Below, piece after piece: positions 37,760 through 48,981 of a DNA stretch of 64,000 bases. The notes beneath the pieces were generated by a model that worked only from the letters and a program-made list of their open reading frames with translations, did not search any database and was not told the origin of the DNA. The stretch is from Patescibacteria group bacterium. Its GTDB lineage: Bacteria; Patescibacteriota; CPR2; UBA1875. The stretch covers positions 1,610 to 65,609 of the forward strand of contig JBGSRK010000005.1 of NCBI GenBank assembly GCA_041737595.1, in the 5' to 3' direction. A program made the position numbers and the translations under genes. Position 1 is the first letter of the stretch. Each line of letters starts with the position of its first letter.

Positions 37760-38706
37760 TATTCTTCTCCTATGTCCTCTTTAGCAAGTTCATAACCAAG
37801 TTCTGCTACTTTATCTTTGATTTCATCATATGCTTTGGCCCCAAAACCTTTTAATTGTTTTAGATCACTATCCTTAAGATGAAGTACATCATCAATGGTT
37901 TTTAGCTCATTATTTAGTAGAGCGTTAGTTGTTCTTGGTGAAAGGTTAATTTCTTCAATTAATATTTTTGAAGCAGTGTTATCAATTTCACTTATTTCAA
38001 CTTCTTTTTCTCTTTTACAAATAGAATCCTTGCCTGTAATAACAAGGAAATGTTCTACAAGTATTTCGGATGATTGCTCAATTGCTTCTTTTGGAGTTAT
38101 TGTTCCATCGGTTTCTACTTCAATGATTAATTTATCAAGATCAGTCATTTGTCCTACACGAGTTTTCTCAACATTATATCGAACTTTTTTGATTGGAGCA
38201 TAAAGAGCATCAACTGCAATCATGCCCACGCCTAATTTTTCATCTTCTCTTTTCTCTATTGGTACAAACCCTCTACCTTGTTCAAGTTTGATTTCCATTT
38301 CAATTTTTGCTTGCTTATTGTCTAGTGTAGCAATATGTAATTCAGGATTACCAATTTCAACGTTTGAGTTTGCTTTTATATCTTTTGCAGTAACTTCACC
38401 CGCTCCACTTGAAGTTAGGGTCACATATTCTTCTTCACTATGAAGTTTGACTCTTAGTTGTTTTAAATTAAGAATAATTTCAATAACGTCTTCTTTGACA
38501 TTTGGTATTGTAGAAAATTCATGAGAAACTCCATCAATTTTCACTGCAGTGACAGCTGCCCCTGGAAGTGATGATAAAATAACTCGTCGAAGAGAATTAC
38601 CAAGAGTCATGCCATAACCAGGGAAAAGTGGTTCTATGGCAAAAGTAGCTCGGTTTTTTTCTTCGGTGATTGTTTTAAACTCTGGAAGATGAATGTCGTG
38701 TAACAC
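37759..38706 (-). CDS. rpoA: DNA-directed RNA polymerase subunit alpha
   Basis: Alpha NTD and CTD (LSPRTTNALLNNELKTIDDVL). Confidence 0.95.
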   Translation of the reverse strand: MLHDIHLPEFKTITEEKNRATFAIEPLFPGYGMTLGNSLRRVILSSLPGAAVTAVKIDGVSHEFSTIPNVKEDVIEIILNLKQLRVKLHSEEEYVTLTSSGAGEVTAKDIKANSNVEIGNPELHIATLDNKQAKIEMEIKLEQGRGFVPIEKREDEKLGVGMIAVDALYAPIKKVRYNVEKTRVGQMTDLDKLIIEVETDGTITPKEAIEQSSEILVEHFLVITGKDSICKREKEVEISEIDNTASKILIEEINLSPRTTNALLNNELKTIDDVLHLKDSDLKQLKGFGAKAYDEIKDKVAELGYELAKEDIGEE

Positions 38707-38760
38707 TTTTGCTCCTTCTCCCGAAATTAATTCGGGACCCCGATTAAATCGGGCTTTTTA

Positions 38761-39381
38761 TTATTTAGAATAAAATTCGACTATTAATTGTTCGTTGATT
38801 TCCTGATCTAATTGCTCTCTTATTGGCATTGTTACATATTTACCCTTAAGGCTCTTTAGATCAACTGTTAACCATGAAAATTCTTCTCTTACTTTTGTAA
38901 TTTTAATATTTTCAAAATAAGTAAGATTTTTCTTAGTATCTATAACTGCGATTTCTTGACCTGGCTTAATAATTCTTGAAGGTATTGTTGTTCTTCTGCC
39001 ATTAACAGAAAAAAGACCATGTGCAACTAATTGTCTTGCCTGATGTCTTGAACTTGCAAATCCCATTCTATAAACAATATTATCAAGTCTTGATTCTAAG
39101 AGTTGTAATAAAAGTTCCCCGGTTACCCCAGTTTTTGCAGATGCTTTTTTAAAATAGCCTGCAAATTGCTTTTCTTGCATCCCATAAATTCTTTTTACTT
39201 TTTGTTTTTCACGTAACATTATTCCAAATTGAGATGGTTTTCTTCTTCTTGATAGACCATGTTGGCCTGGGACATATCCTCTTTTTACAAATACACATTT
39301 TGTAAAACATTTATCACCCTTTAAAAAGAGCTTTGTGCCCTCTCTTCTGCATTGTTTACATTTTGGATTAATTGTAGCCAT
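38761..39381 (-). CDS. rpsD: 30S ribosomal protein S4
   Basis: Zinc-type S4 N-terminus (CKQCRREGTKLFLKGDKC) and an S4 domain. Confidence 0.95.
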   Translation of the reverse strand: MATINPKCKQCRREGTKLFLKGDKCFTKCVFVKRGYVPGQHGLSRRRKPSQFGIMLREKQKVKRIYGMQEKQFAGYFKKASAKTGVTGELLLQLLESRLDNIVYRMGFASSRHQARQLVAHGLFSVNGRRTTIPSRIIKPGQEIAVIDTKKNLTYFENIKITKVREEFSWLTVDLKSLKGKYVTMPIREQLDQEINEQLIVEFYSK

Positions 39382-39412
39382 TTATTTCCTTAAAAAATTG
39401 ATAATATATTAT

Positions 39413-39796
39413 TTAAACTCTTCTAGCCTTTGGAGGTCGGCAACCATTATGTGGAACAGGGGTCACATCTTTAATGGTATTTATATAAATGCCATTTGAA
39501 GATAGTGCACGAACTGCTGATTCTCTACCAGAACCGATCCCTTTTACAAATACATCAGCTTTCTCGAAGCCAAATGCTTTTGCTTTTTCACATGCAGCTG
39601 CTGCTGCCATCTGTGCTGCATACGGTGTTGATTTTCTTGAACCTTTAAACCCCGCCATACCAGTAGTAACTGTAACTAGCGCGTTACCAGAAACGTCAGT
39701 AATAGAAATAATAGTATTATTGAAGGTAGATTTTATATAAATATTACCTTCTTTAACTATCTTTTTTACTTTTTTCTTTTTTACTACTTTTGCCAT
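39413..39796 (-). CDS. rpsK: 30S ribosomal protein S11
   Basis: Canonical S11 C-terminus [12 protein letters not shown]. Confidence 0.95.
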   Translation of the reverse strand: MAKVVKKKKVKKIVKEGNIYIKSTFNNTIISITDVSGNALVTVTTGMAGFKGSRKSTPYAAQMAAAAACEKAKAFGFEKADVFVKGIGSGRESAVRALSSNGIYINTIKDVTPVPHNGCRPPKARRV

Positions 39797-39833
39797 TTTT
39801 GCCTTATCTTTAGTTAACTTTTATAAATTTATT

Positions 39834-40220
39834 TTATGTTTTTTCAGATGATTTCTTACGACCTGATCCCATAGTAACTTTTCTACCTCTTTTACCTCTT
39901 GCGTTTGTTTTTGTTCTTTGCCCTCTAACTGGTAAATTTGCTGTATGTCTACTCCCTCGGTATGAACCAATCTCTTTCAAGCGACGTATATTAGAAGCTG
40001 TGTCGCGCCTTAAATCACCTTCTACCATAATCTTACCCTCTATGGCTTCTCTTAATTTATTAACTTCTGCTTCAGTTAATTCTTTAACTCTTGTATCAGG
40101 ATTTACACCAGTTTCTGTTAATAATTTTTTTGATGTGGTTAAACCAATTCCATAAATATAAGTTAGGCCGATTTCGACCCTTTTAGCTAGTGGTAAATTT
40201 ACTCCTTGAATTCTTGCCAT
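39834..40220 (-). CDS. rpsM: 30S ribosomal protein S13
   Basis: [11 protein letters not shown]-terminus. Confidence 0.95.
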   Translation of the reverse strand: MARIQGVNLPLAKRVEIGLTYIYGIGLTTSKKLLTETGVNPDTRVKELTEAEVNKLREAIEGKIMVEGDLRRDTASNIRRLKEIGSYRGSRHTANLPVRGQRTKTNARGKRGRKVTMGSGRKKSSEKT

Positions 40221-40233
40221 AATTTATTATTTC

Positions 40234-40347
40234 CTATCCCTGTCTTTGCTTATGACGAGGATTTTCACAAATAACGCGGATAACTCCTTCGCGTTTTATA
40301 ACTTTACATTTATCACATCTTTTTTTTACTGATGGTTTAACTTTCAT
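40234..40347 (-). CDS. rpmJ: 50S ribosomal protein L36
   Basis: Hand-translated [37 protein letters not shown] (37 aa); below the ORF-track size cutoff. Confidence 0.9.
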   Translation of the reverse strand: MKVKPSVKKRCDKCKVIKREGVIRVICENPRHKQRQG

Positions 40348-40372
40348 AATAATTTCTCTAATTAACTAAATA

Positions 40373-40609
40373 TTATTCGTCATCACGCAATCTGTAAGTG
40401 ATTCTACCTTTTGTAAGATCATATGGAGTCATTTCAATTCTAACTCTATCTCCGGGCAGTATTTTTATATAATGCATTCTCATTTTCCCAGAAATATGAC
40501 CCAAAATAACATGGCCGTTCTCGAGTTCTACCCTAAACATTGCGTTTGGGAGAGGTTCAAGGACGGTCCCTATTACTTCAATTACTTCCTTTGTATTATC
40601 ATTCATCAA
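40373..40609 (-). CDS. infA: Translation initiation factor IF-1
   Basis: S1-like fold with the sequence [20 protein letters not shown]. Confidence 0.9.
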   Translation of the reverse strand: MMNDNTKEVIEVIGTVLEPLPNAMFRVELENGHVILGHISGKMRMHYIKILPGDRVRIEMTPYDLTKGRITYRLRDDE

Positions 40610-40665
40610 GGTATCTTTTTTGTGCCTATCTACTATAACAAAAAATTATATTTTTTGCAACAGTT

Positions 40666-41979
40666 TTAAATTGATTCATATGAACGTGTAATTATCTGTG
40701 CTTCTACTTGACCTTTAACCTCTATTGCGACCCCAACAACAATTAAAAGACCTGTCCCACCAATAACAAGATTACCTGTATTCGCAAACTTATCAATAAT
40801 AAATGGTAATGCAGCAATAAAAGCCAAAAATATTGCTCCCCATAGTGTTGTTCTATTAATTAACCATGAAAGATATTTTTCCGTTTGAGTCCCTGGTCTT
40901 ATCCCTGGTATAAAACCGCCTTGTTTTTGAATATTTTCAGATACATCTTTTGGTTTAAAGTATAAATATGTAGAGAAGAAAGTAAATACAAATACAAGTA
41001 AACCATATGCAACAGCATAAGAGATTGTTTGTGGTGCAAAAGTTGTTTTAACCCACTCTGCCGATTTAGCTATCCACTGTGTTTTAGCAGAAGAGAGAAA
41101 TCCTATCATTACAGGTAAGTTTAAAAACGCTCCGGCGAAAATAATAGGTATAACTCCTGACATATTTAATTTAATAGGTAAAAAACTATCTATGCTTCCA
41201 TATAGCTTAGCCCCTCTCATTTTTTTGGCATAAGATATTGGGATTTTTCTTTGACCTTCAGTAACAATAACAATTGCTACAGTTACAAGAAGAGCAGCCA
41301 CTAAAATAGCTAAATATTTTATTAATTGTGTGCTATCAAATTCCGGAACAAATATTTTTTGGATAGCTTCTCCTAAAAATTGAGGAAGTCTCGCAACAAT
41401 ACCTGCAAATATTATTAATGAAATTCCATTACCAAGCCCTTTTTCTGTTATCAATTCCCCTAGCCACATTAAAAACATTGTTCCACCAGTCATTGCAAGA
41501 AGCATAAATGCCCATTGTGCAATTGACGGAGTACCAAGAAGATCTCCACCAATTTGAGAAGTAGAATATTGTAAAAGTCTAATCGCACCATAACCTTCTA
41601 TAAATGCTAATGGAAGAGCTAAAACTCTTGAGTATTGGTTTAATTTCATCTGACCCTGTTCGCCATCTTTACTAATTGATTCAAGTTTTGGTGATATCAT
41701 AGTTAAAAGCTGAATCATAATAGATGCAGTAATATATGGACCAACACCTAACATTACAATAGAAAATCGACTAATCCCTCCTCCTGAAAAAATATCAAGA
41801 AATGATAAGACAGAATTAGAAGAAAATGCTTCTGAAAGAAATTCTCTTATTTTCACTACATCCGGACCAGGTATCGGGATATGAGACGCCACACGAAAAA
41901 TTAACAAAATAAAAACAACATAAAGTATCTTTTTTAATAAATCTTTGCTTGTAAATATTTGCTTAATTTTGTGCATCAA
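40666..41979 (-). CDS. secY: Preprotein translocase subunit SecY
   Basis: 10-TM protein with SecY signature blocks; position after rplO. Confidence 0.95.
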   Translation of the reverse strand: MMHKIKQIFTSKDLLKKILYVVFILLIFRVASHIPIPGPDVVKIREFLSEAFSSNSVLSFLDIFSGGGISRFSIVMLGVGPYITASIMIQLLTMISPKLESISKDGEQGQMKLNQYSRVLALPLAFIEGYGAIRLLQYSTSQIGGDLLGTPSIAQWAFMLLAMTGGTMFLMWLGELITEKGLGNGISLIIFAGIVARLPQFLGEAIQKIFVPEFDSTQLIKYLAILVAALLVTVAIVIVTEGQRKIPISYAKKMRGAKLYGSIDSFLPIKLNMSGVIPIIFAGAFLNLPVMIGFLSSAKTQWIAKSAEWVKTTFAPQTISYAVAYGLLVFVFTFFSTYLYFKPKDVSENIQKQGGFIPGIRPGTQTEKYLSWLINRTTLWGAIFLAFIAALPFIIDKFANTGNLVIGGTGLLIVVGVAIEVKGQVEAQIITRSYESI

Positions 41980-42011
41980 CCGCCCCTTTTTCTGTTAATT
42001 ATTTACGCGAT

Positions 42012-42440
42012 TTAGAGTTCTATTTTACCACCAACTTTTATTATTTCTTCGCCAGCTGTTTTGGTTACTGGAACGCTTACTACTAATTTTTTTGTTAATT
42101 TACCAGAAAAAACTATTTTAACTTTTTTAACTGATTTTTTGATTATACTATTTTTTATTAAAAGTTCTAATGTAACCTTATCACCATCTTTTAGATTTTC
42201 CAACATAGTGAAAGTCACGGTTTGTGGTTTGGTTTTTCTAGCATTAAAACCTCTTTTTTTAGGGATTCTTTGAGCTAGTGGCATTTGGCCACCCTCAAAA
42301 CCAGGTCTTAGTTTTTTACCTGTTCTTGATTTTTGACCTTTTGTCCCTCTCCCAGAAGTTTTGCCTTGACCTGCTGAAATACCTCGACCAACTCTTTTTT
42401 TATTTTTTCCGGGTGTTTTAGATAATTTTGAAAGATTCAT
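42012..42440 (-). CDS. rplO: 50S ribosomal protein L15
   Basis: Gly/Arg/Lys-rich N-terminus typical of L15. Confidence 0.9.
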   Translation of the reverse strand: MNLSKLSKTPGKNKKRVGRGISAGQGKTSGRGTKGQKSRTGKKLRPGFEGGQMPLAQRIPKKRGFNARKTKPQTVTFTMLENLKDGDKVTLELLIKNSIIKKSVKKVKIVFSGKLTKKLVVSVPVTKTAGEEIIKVGGKIEL

Positions 42441-42979
42441 TATTTATCTCCTTTTTTCTTTGGAGTAGTTTTTTTATTTTTACTATCAGTTTTATCCTTT
42501 TCAACAGCCTCTGGTTTATTTACAAGTACAAGCATTTTTAAAGCTTTTAAAGAAGCATATACATTATTTATTTTAGAAGAGGACCCTTGTATTTTTGATA
42601 AAACGTCCTTAACCCCAGCAACTTCTAATACTGCACGAACAGCTCCACCAGCGATAACTCCTGTACCCTTACGAGCTGGTTTAAGGAAAACTTGAGCACC
42701 AGCGAATCTCGCAGTTACTTCATGTGGGATTGTAGTCCCAAAAAGTGAAATCTCTTCCATGCTTTTTTTTGCTTTGACAGTCGCTTTTTCTATAGCAAGA
42801 ACGACTTCTGCCCCTTTTTCTATTCCAACCCCTACTTTTCCATTTTTATCACCCACAACAACAGTGGCTCTAAATCTAAGTCTTCGTCCACCCTTAACTA
42901 CACGAGTAACTCTGTCGATTTGGACTACTCTTTCTTCCATTTCCTGTTTTTCTTCTTCTAAAACTAAATTATCTACCAT
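42440..42979 (-). CDS. rpsE: 30S ribosomal protein S5
   Basis: S5 dsRBD and C-terminal domains; a short K-rich tail. Confidence 0.9.
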   Translation of the reverse strand: MVDNLVLEEEKQEMEERVVQIDRVTRVVKGGRRLRFRATVVVGDKNGKVGVGIEKGAEVVLAIEKATVKAKKSMEEISLFGTTIPHEVTARFAGAQVFLKPARKGTGVIAGGAVRAVLEVAGVKDVLSKIQGSSSKINNVYASLKALKMLVLVNKPEAVEKDKTDSKNKKTTPKKKGDK

Positions 42980-42987
42980 ATAGCTCC

Positions 42988-43332
42988 TTAAAATGTAAGT
43001 CCGGCTTTTCGTGCCGCTTCTGCTAAAGCTTTTACCCTACCGTGATACAATTTGTAACCACGATCAAATACTGCTTTGTTAATTTTTAATGTTTTTGCTT
43101 TTTCTGCAATTTCTGTTCCAATTTTTTCAGCTTTTTCGATTTTTGTCATTTTTTCTTTAATTTTTAAATCAGTTGACGCACAAAGAGTAACACCGTTTTC
43201 GTCATCTATTAATTGAACGGTTGTATGTTTTAATGTTGCAGAAACTGAAATTCTTGGAATTGTTTTTGTTCCAAAAACTTTAGCTCTAACTCTTTTTTTT
43301 CTAATTTTTCTAGTTAACATTTTTTTATTCAT
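42988..43332 (-). CDS. rplR: 50S ribosomal protein L18
   Basis: Conserved position and sequence (RPRLSV...[11 protein letters not shown]). Confidence 0.9.
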   Translation of the reverse strand: MNKKMLTRKIRKKRVRAKVFGTKTIPRISVSATLKHTTVQLIDDENGVTLCASTDLKIKEKMTKIEKAEKIGTEIAEKAKTLKINKAVFDRGYKLYHGRVKALAEAARKAGLTF

Positions 43333-43340
43333 AATAATTT

Positions 43341-43886
43341 CTATGCTCCTGCTTTCGCTGCTGCTTTACCAGCCTTTCGTCTAATTTTTTCTCCAACATA
43401 TTTAATCCCTTTACCCTTATATGGTTCAGGTTTTTTAAATTCTCTAATTTCTGCTGCTGTTTGACCTACCAACTGTTTTGAAATACCAGTAACAGTAATA
43501 ATATTTTTTTCTACTTTTAAATCAATGCCAGCTTTTGGTTTATATTTAATCGGATGTGAATAACCCATATTAAGGACGAGCTCATCTCCTTCAATTGCTG
43601 CTCTATACCCCACTCCATGGAATTCAAGCTGTTTTTCAAACCCTTCAGATACACCAATAATCATATTTGCGATAAGAGTTCTTGTTAGGCCAAAAAGGCT
43701 TACTGTATTTTTGTTCTCTTTTACTAGAGATACTGTAACGTTTTGATCATTTATTAAAACTTCTAAACTTGGTAATAGTTTATATGTAAGCTCTCCTTTA
43801 GGACCATTCACGGTAACCAAACGGTTATCAATTGATATATTGACTCCTTGTGGTATTTCTATTGGTAATTTTCCTATTCGTGACAT
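43341..43886 (-). CDS. rplF: 50S ribosomal protein L6
   Basis: MSRIGKLPIEIPQGV N-terminus. Confidence 0.95.
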   Translation of the reverse strand: MSRIGKLPIEIPQGVNISIDNRLVTVNGPKGELTYKLLPSLEVLINDQNVTVSLVKENKNTVSLFGLTRTLIANMIIGVSEGFEKQLEFHGVGYRAAIEGDELVLNMGYSHPIKYKPKAGIDLKVEKNIITVTGISKQLVGQTAAEIREFKKPEPYKGKGIKYVGEKIRRKAGKAAAKAGA

Positions 43887-43928
43887 TTTATTTCCTTAAT
43901 TTTCCTAAATAATATTTTATCTTTATAA

Positions 43929-44312
43929 TTAATAAACTCTACAAATTATTTCCCCACCTAGATTGTCTGTTTTTGCTTGTTCGCCTGTCATCATACCTTT
44001 TGATGTTGAAATAATTGCAATACCTCTACCCGACAAAACTACCGGGATTTCATCTTTTTTAGCGTACACCCTTCTACCTGGTCGTGAAATTCTTTCAACC
44101 TTTTCTATTGCCGGTAATGTTTTATTATACTTAAGAGTAACATTTGTCAGCTGTCCTTCTGTTTTATATTCTGAAACATATTCATTATCTTTTAAAATAC
44201 CAAGAACAGCTTCTTTCAATTTTGAAGCGGGGAAAGAAACAGATTCTTTGCCTACGGCGTAAGCGTTTCTTATTCTTGTTAACATGTCTGAAATTGGATC
44301 TACAATACTCAT
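43929..44312 (-). CDS. rpsH: 30S ribosomal protein S8
   Basis: DPISDMLTRIRNA motif. Confidence 0.95.
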   Translation of the reverse strand: MSIVDPISDMLTRIRNAYAVGKESVSFPASKLKEAVLGILKDNEYVSEYKTEGQLTNVTLKYNKTLPAIEKVERISRPGRRVYAKKDEIPVVLSGRGIAIISTSKGMMTGEQAKTDNLGGEIICRVY

Positions 44313-44367
44313 CTTACTCCTTTATATTTATCGGATTCCTATAATTTTCATTCTTTAAATAATTATT

Positions 44368-44553
44368 TTACCAGCTTGATTTTGTTACTCCAGGGATTTC
44401 ACCCTTTGATGCATATTCTCTAAAACAAATACGACACATTTTAAACTTTCTTAAGTATCCTTTTGGTCTACCGCAAATTTCACACCTAGTTTGGATTCTA
44501 GATGAAAATTTTGGTTTTTTATTTGCTTTTAATACTAATGCTTTTCTTGCCAT
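44368..44553 (-). CDS. rpsN: 30S ribosomal protein S14, zinc-binding type Z
   Basis: 61 aa with CEICGRP...CRIC. Confidence 0.95.
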   Translation of the reverse strand: MARKALVLKANKKPKFSSRIQTRCEICGRPKGYLRKFKMCRICFREYASKGEIPGVTKSSW

Positions 44554-44566
44554 ATATACTCCCTAA

Positions 44567-45103
44567 TTATTTTTTAAAAGGAAACCCAAAGGCACTTAAA
44601 AGCACCCTTGCTCCGTTATTATCTTTTGCTGTTGTTTGAATATTTACCTGTAATGAAACTGCTGGGACATCTTTACTTATTAATTCAGGGAAAACGTTGT
44701 GCTCTTTTATCCCAAGTGAATAACCACCATGACCATCAAAAGCATTTTCATTTATTCCACGGAAATCTCTAACACGAGGTAATGCAATATTTATTAACTT
44801 ATCAAGAAATTCATACATTCTATCCCCACGCAAAGTAACCATCACACCAATTGGCATACCTTCTCTCAATTTAAAACCGGCAATTGATTTTTTAGCTATT
44901 GTACGTACTGCTTTTTGACCAGTAATTACAACTAATGCTTCTTCTACCTCTTCAATTTTTTTACTATCAAGAGCGGCTCTACCAACTCCAGAGTTAACAA
45001 CAATCTTTGAAATTTTTGGTATAGCCATTGCATTTTTTATATCAAGTGTTTTAGCAACTTCATCTTTTATTTTATTAAGATATAAATCTTTTAATCTAGC
45101 CAT
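44567..45103 (-). CDS. rplE: 50S ribosomal protein L5
   Basis: Canonical L5 blocks. Confidence 0.95.
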   Translation of the reverse strand: MARLKDLYLNKIKDEVAKTLDIKNAMAIPKISKIVVNSGVGRAALDSKKIEEVEEALVVITGQKAVRTIAKKSIAGFKLREGMPIGVMVTLRGDRMYEFLDKLINIALPRVRDFRGINENAFDGHGGYSLGIKEHNVFPELISKDVPAVSLQVNIQTTAKDNNGARVLLSAFGFPFKK

Positions 45104-45438
45104 TATTTATCCTCTTTCTTGATTTTTAAAATAGCTTTACCACATTTTTTACAAACTCGGTTTTTTTCTTTACCGTTTATTTGCCATCCTACTCTAGTTG
45201 GCTTACCACATGAAGGACAAACTAGTGCTGTTTTCCCAACCGACATAGGCATATTAATTTCTACAATACCCCCGGCATGATTATTTTTAGATACTTTAAC
45301 GTGCTTTTTAGCAATATTTATACCCTTAATAATCATCTTTCCAGTTTTAGAAAATACTCGCTCAACCATACCGGTTTTGCCCTTATCTTTTCCGGCTATA
45401 ACCATTATTTTGTCGCCTTTTTTGATTTTAATTGTCAT
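45103..45438 (-). CDS. rplX: 50S ribosomal protein L24 with C-terminal CxxC...CxxC zinc-ribbon extension
   Basis: KOW-type L24 core followed by CPSCGKPTRVGWQINGKEKNRVCKKCGK. Confidence 0.9.
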   Translation of the reverse strand: MTIKIKKGDKIMVIAGKDKGKTGMVERVFSKTGKMIIKGINIAKKHVKVSKNNHAGGIVEINMPMSVGKTALVCPSCGKPTRVGWQINGKEKNRVCKKCGKAILKIKKEDK

Positions 45439-45806
45439 TATACTACCTCCGGTGCTAGTGAAATTATCTTCATGAAACCCTTTTCTCGTAGTTCACGAGC
45501 GACTGGTCCAAAAATACGAGTTCCTCTTGGAAGTTTATCTTTACTTATAATAACTGCTGCATTTTCATCAAATTTAAGAGTTGAACCATCTTTTCTTTTA
45601 AATTCTTTTCTTATTCTAACCACAACTGCCTGTACGATTTCTTTCTTTTTTACAGTACCGTTTGGTGTGGCAGTTTTTACAGATGCAGTAATAATATCAC
45701 CAAGTGATGCATATCTTCTTCGGCTTCCACCAAGAACCTTAATACACATTATTGTTTTTGCACCAGTATTATCTGCTATTTTTAACATTGTTTGGGTTTG
45801 GATCAT
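45438..45806 (-). CDS. rplN: 50S ribosomal protein L14
   Basis: [18 protein letters not shown]-terminus. Confidence 0.95.
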   Translation of the reverse strand: MIQTQTMLKIADNTGAKTIMCIKVLGGSRRRYASLGDIITASVKTATPNGTVKKKEIVQAVVVRIRKEFKRKDGSTLKFDENAAVIISKDKLPRGTRIFGPVARELREKGFMKIISLAPEVV

Positions 45807-46057
45807 TATTCTACCTCAAGCTCTTTTTCTGATATTACTTTTACGGCGTTCCAATTTTTTCTTTTTGAAAGTGGTTTTGTTTCTTCAATTACAACAAAAT
45901 CACCTACTTTTGCAGAAATATCATTCTGCGCCATAAATTTTTTTGTTACTGTATATTTTTTTCTGTATATTGGATGAGTCTTTTTTGAATCAATAGAAAC
46001 AACAATAGTTTTTTCCATTTTATCAGAAGTAACTTTTCCTCTAAGTGTTCTTTTCAT
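45806..46057 (-). CDS. rpsQ: 30S ribosomal protein S17
   Basis: Canonical S17. Confidence 0.95.
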   Translation of the reverse strand: MKRTLRGKVTSDKMEKTIVVSIDSKKTHPIYRKKYTVTKKFMAQNDISAKVGDFVVIEETKPLSKRKNWNAVKVISEKELEVE

Positions 46058-46262
46058 TTTTTTCCTCTTCTCTTTGAATTGCTCTTTCTCGCATTATAGT
46101 ATTAATTCTGGCAATATCCTTTTTTATTTTAGCAATATCGGTATGTTTATTGGTTTCTTTTGATGCAACTTCGAATTTAATTTTAGTCAATTCCGCTTTA
46201 AATTTAGTTAAATCAGAAATTAAATCTTTATCTTTTTTTTCTATTATTTCTTTAATCTTCAT
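46041..46262 (-). CDS. rpmC: 50S ribosomal protein L29
   Basis: Position between rplP and rpsQ; a 73-aa coiled-coil protein. Confidence 0.85.
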   Translation of the reverse strand: MKIKEIIEKKDKDLISDLTKFKAELTKIKFEVASKETNKHTDIAKIKKDIARINTIMRERAIQREEEKNEKNT

Positions 46263-46686
46263 CTTTGGCCTCTTTTACACTTTCTTTCACAACAATTTTA
46301 GTTCTTAACGGAAGTTTGTGAGCAGCAAGTCTTAACGCTTCTCTTGCAACATCTTCTGCTACACCATCCATTTCAAATAATATTCTACCCGGTAAAACTT
46401 GAAAAATAAAATGATCTGGAGCACCCTTACCGCCACCCATTGTCATTTCGTTCGGTTTTTTTGTAACTGGTTGTTGTGGGAATATTCTAATCCAAACTTT
46501 TCCACCACGTTTTATATATCTAGTCATCGCACGTCTAGCTGCTTCAATTTGTCTTGAATCAATCCATTTAGGAGACATTGCTTTAAGCGCATATTTACCA
46601 AAATCAATTTGAGTACCCCGTGTCTCCTTACCTTTACGGATATTTTTCATTGATTTTCTAAATTTTGTTTTCTTTGGTGTCAGCAT
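46252..46686 (-). CDS. rplP: 50S ribosomal protein L16
   Basis: [12 protein letters not shown]-terminus. Confidence 0.95.
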   Translation of the reverse strand: MLTPKKTKFRKSMKNIRKGKETRGTQIDFGKYALKAMSPKWIDSRQIEAARRAMTRYIKRGGKVWIRIFPQQPVTKKPNEMTMGGGKGAPDHFIFQVLPGRILFEMDGVAEDVAREALRLAAHKLPLRTKIVVKESVKEAKDED

Positions 46687-47354
46687 TATCTTATCTCCAA
46701 GGTTTCTTTATTATCCTTAGTTTCTTCTTTAATTTCACCCTTATAAATCCAAACTTTTACGCCCAAGGTGCCATATGTAGTTGCTGCTCTTCCTGTTGCA
46801 TAATCAATATCTGCACGAAGAGTTGCAAGTGGTATTTTACCTTCAACAAAAAATTGACTTCTTGAAATATCTGCGCCATTCAAACGTCCACCTATCATAA
46901 CTTTTGCACCTTTTGCTCCAGCTCTGATTATTTTATCAATAACAGATTTTGCAGCTCTTTTATAGGCAATACGTTTTTCAAGTTGCTGGCAAATAGAATC
47001 TACCATAATTTGCGCGTTTAATTCTGGGTTTCTGACTTCTTCTATGTTTATATCTTTGATTTTTGATGTGATTAATTTTGTTAAATTTTTCTTAAGTTCG
47101 ATTGCGCCTGCACCACCTCTACCGATAATAACGCCAGGACGTGAAGTGTGGATAATTATTGTAACCATATTTGCGTTTCTTTCAATATCAACTCGCGCGA
47201 TTCCAGCTCGTCCACCAAGATTTTTTACAATATATTCTCTTACTTTAATATCTTCATGTAAAAATTTACTGTAATCAGCCTTTGAAAACCATCTTGATCT
47301 CCAGTCTTTGCTTACTTGTAGTCTAAAACTAATTGGATTTACTTTGTGTCCCAT
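46686..47354 (-). CDS. rpsC: 30S ribosomal protein S3
   Basis: [13 protein letters not shown]-terminus and KH domain. Confidence 0.95.
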   Translation of the reverse strand: MGHKVNPISFRLQVSKDWRSRWFSKADYSKFLHEDIKVREYIVKNLGGRAGIARVDIERNANMVTIIIHTSRPGVIIGRGGAGAIELKKNLTKLITSKIKDINIEEVRNPELNAQIMVDSICQQLEKRIAYKRAAKSVIDKIIRAGAKGAKVMIGGRLNGADISRSQFFVEGKIPLATLRADIDYATGRAATTYGTLGVKVWIYKGEIKEETKDNKETLEIR

Positions 47355-47356
47355 AA

Positions 47357-47851
47357 TTATCCTGTCTTCCTTCTAAAGAAATTACTTTTAACATCAACTT
47401 TTGGAGCATTTTTTTCTTTTTTATTAAAATTTGGTTTTTCCATTTCTAATTTATGGCTATCATCACTCTTAGAAACTTCTTTTATATTTTCATTTTTATC
47501 TGTAATTTTTTTCGTCTTAACATCACCTGATACAATAACTGTAATATGTGAGGTTCTTTTTTTAATAGCTCCTGCAGCGCCCTTAGCTCTTGGTCTCCAT
47601 CTTTTTAAAGATGGTCCTGCGTCAATTGTTATTTTTGAAACAATAAGTTCACTTTTATCAAGGTTAAAGTTATTTTCTGCATTTGCCATTGCGGCTGTTA
47701 TTACTTTTTTAATTTCACCAGCTGTTCTTTGAGGCATAAGTTTAAGCATCTCAAGAGAAACCTTTGCATTCTTACCACGAATAAGATCTGCAACTGGTCT
47801 TGCCTTTTTGGCTGATATTCTAATATATTTACCTTGTGATATTACTTCCAT
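47357..47851 (-). CDS. rplV: 50S ribosomal protein L22 with C-terminal extension
   Basis: L22 core plus about 50 aa of K/E-rich tail. Confidence 0.9.
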   Translation of the reverse strand: MEVISQGKYIRISAKKARPVADLIRGKNAKVSLEMLKLMPQRTAGEIKKVITAAMANAENNFNLDKSELIVSKITIDAGPSLKRWRPRAKGAAGAIKKRTSHITVIVSGDVKTKKITDKNENIKEVSKSDDSHKLEMEKPNFNKKEKNAPKVDVKSNFFRRKTG

Positions 47852-47853
47852 AA

Positions 47854-48135
47854 TTAACCCTTTTTAGCCTGTTCTTTTGCCATTTTACCACCATGACCAC
47901 GGAATTTTCTTGTTGGAGAAAATTCGCCTAATTTATGACCAACCATATCTTCTGAAATAAATACTGGTATATGTTCTTTACCATTATGAACTGCAAGTGT
48001 AAAACCAACCATTTCAGGTGATATCGAACATTTTCTTGACCAAGTTTTAATGATTTTTTTATCGCTACCCGAAGCTACTATCTTTGCAAGAAGTCGTTCA
48101 TCAATATATGGGCCTTTTTTAAGTGATCTTGACAT
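47854..48135 (-). CDS. rpsS: 30S ribosomal protein S19
   Basis: [13 protein letters not shown]-terminus. Confidence 0.95.
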   Translation of the reverse strand: MSRSLKKGPYIDERLLAKIVASGSDKKIIKTWSRKCSISPEMVGFTLAVHNGKEHIPVFISEDMVGHKLGEFSPTRKFRGHGGKMAKEQAKKG

Positions 48136-48144
48136 AATTATTTC

Positions 48145-48981
48145 CTATCTCTTATTCTTTTTCTTTCTACCTCTAACAATAAATTTATTTGTTGGGTGGT
48201 TCTTTTTTCTAGTTATTTTACCAAGTGCAGGTGCTCCCCAAGGTGTTTTAGGGTGTTTAAGACCAATTGATTGGTTCCCTTCACCACCACCATGTGGATG
48301 ATCTACTGGATTCATTGCACTACCACGTACAGTAGGTCTGAAACCCATTTTTCTTGTACGTCCTGCCTTACCCCAATTAATATTTTGATAATCTGGATTT
48401 GATACTGCTCCCATTGAAGCCATACATTCTTGATTTATTTTTCTAATTTCTCCTGAAGGTAATTTTATTTGTACAAATGCACCTTCTTTTGCTGATAATT
48501 GAGCTCCAACGCCAGCAGAACGAGCTATTTTACCACCTTGACCAGGATTCATTTCTATATTGTAAATAGATGTCCCAACAGGTATATTACGTAATTTTGC
48601 CCTATGACCAGCTCTTATTTGAGCATCTGCCCCAAAAACTACTTTTTTACCAACCTTAAGACCGACTGGTGCAAGAATATATATTTTTTTGCCGGCTTCG
48701 GATTGACATAGTGCTATTCTCGCAGTTCTATTTGGATCATATTCGATTGTTTTTACTTCAAACTCTCCTTCTAGCATTTTAAAGTCTACTAATCGATATT
48801 TTCTTTTTACTCCACCACCTCGGTGTCTTGTTGTTATTTTCCCTTGATTGTTGCGTCCAGCTTTTCTTTTTAGGGCGACAAGAAGAGATTTTTCTGGTTT
48901 TCTTGTGGTGACATCTGAAAAGTCATCAACTGATAGTTGACGTGTAGCATTTGAAATAGGTTTTACTTTTCTTATAGCCAT
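48145..48981 (-). CDS. rplB: 50S ribosomal protein L2
   Basis: Canonical L2 (GRNNQGKITTRHRGGG). Confidence 0.95.
   Translation of the reverse strand: MAIRKVKPISNATRQLSVDDFSDVTTRKPEKSLLVALKRKAGRNNQGKITTRHRGGGVKRKYRLVDFKMLEGEFEVKTIEYDPNRTARIALCQSEAGKKIYILAPVGLKVGKKVVFGADAQIRAGHRAKLRNIPVGTSIYNIEMNPGQGGKIARSAGVGAQLSAKEGAFVQIKLPSGEIRKINQECMASMGAVSNPDYQNINWGKAGRTRKMGFRPTVRGSAMNPVDHPHGGGEGNQSIGLKHPKTPWGAPALGKITRKKNHPTNKFIVRGRKKKNKR

Noticed and set aside
45277-45936. 219-aa plus-strand ORF inside the ribosomal protein operon
   Set aside because: Antisense to rplX/rplN, which are unambiguous. Other antisense track ORFs within r-protein and EF genes are dismissed for the same reason (47346-47732, 48050-48301, 56510-57007, 59286-59660 and similar).
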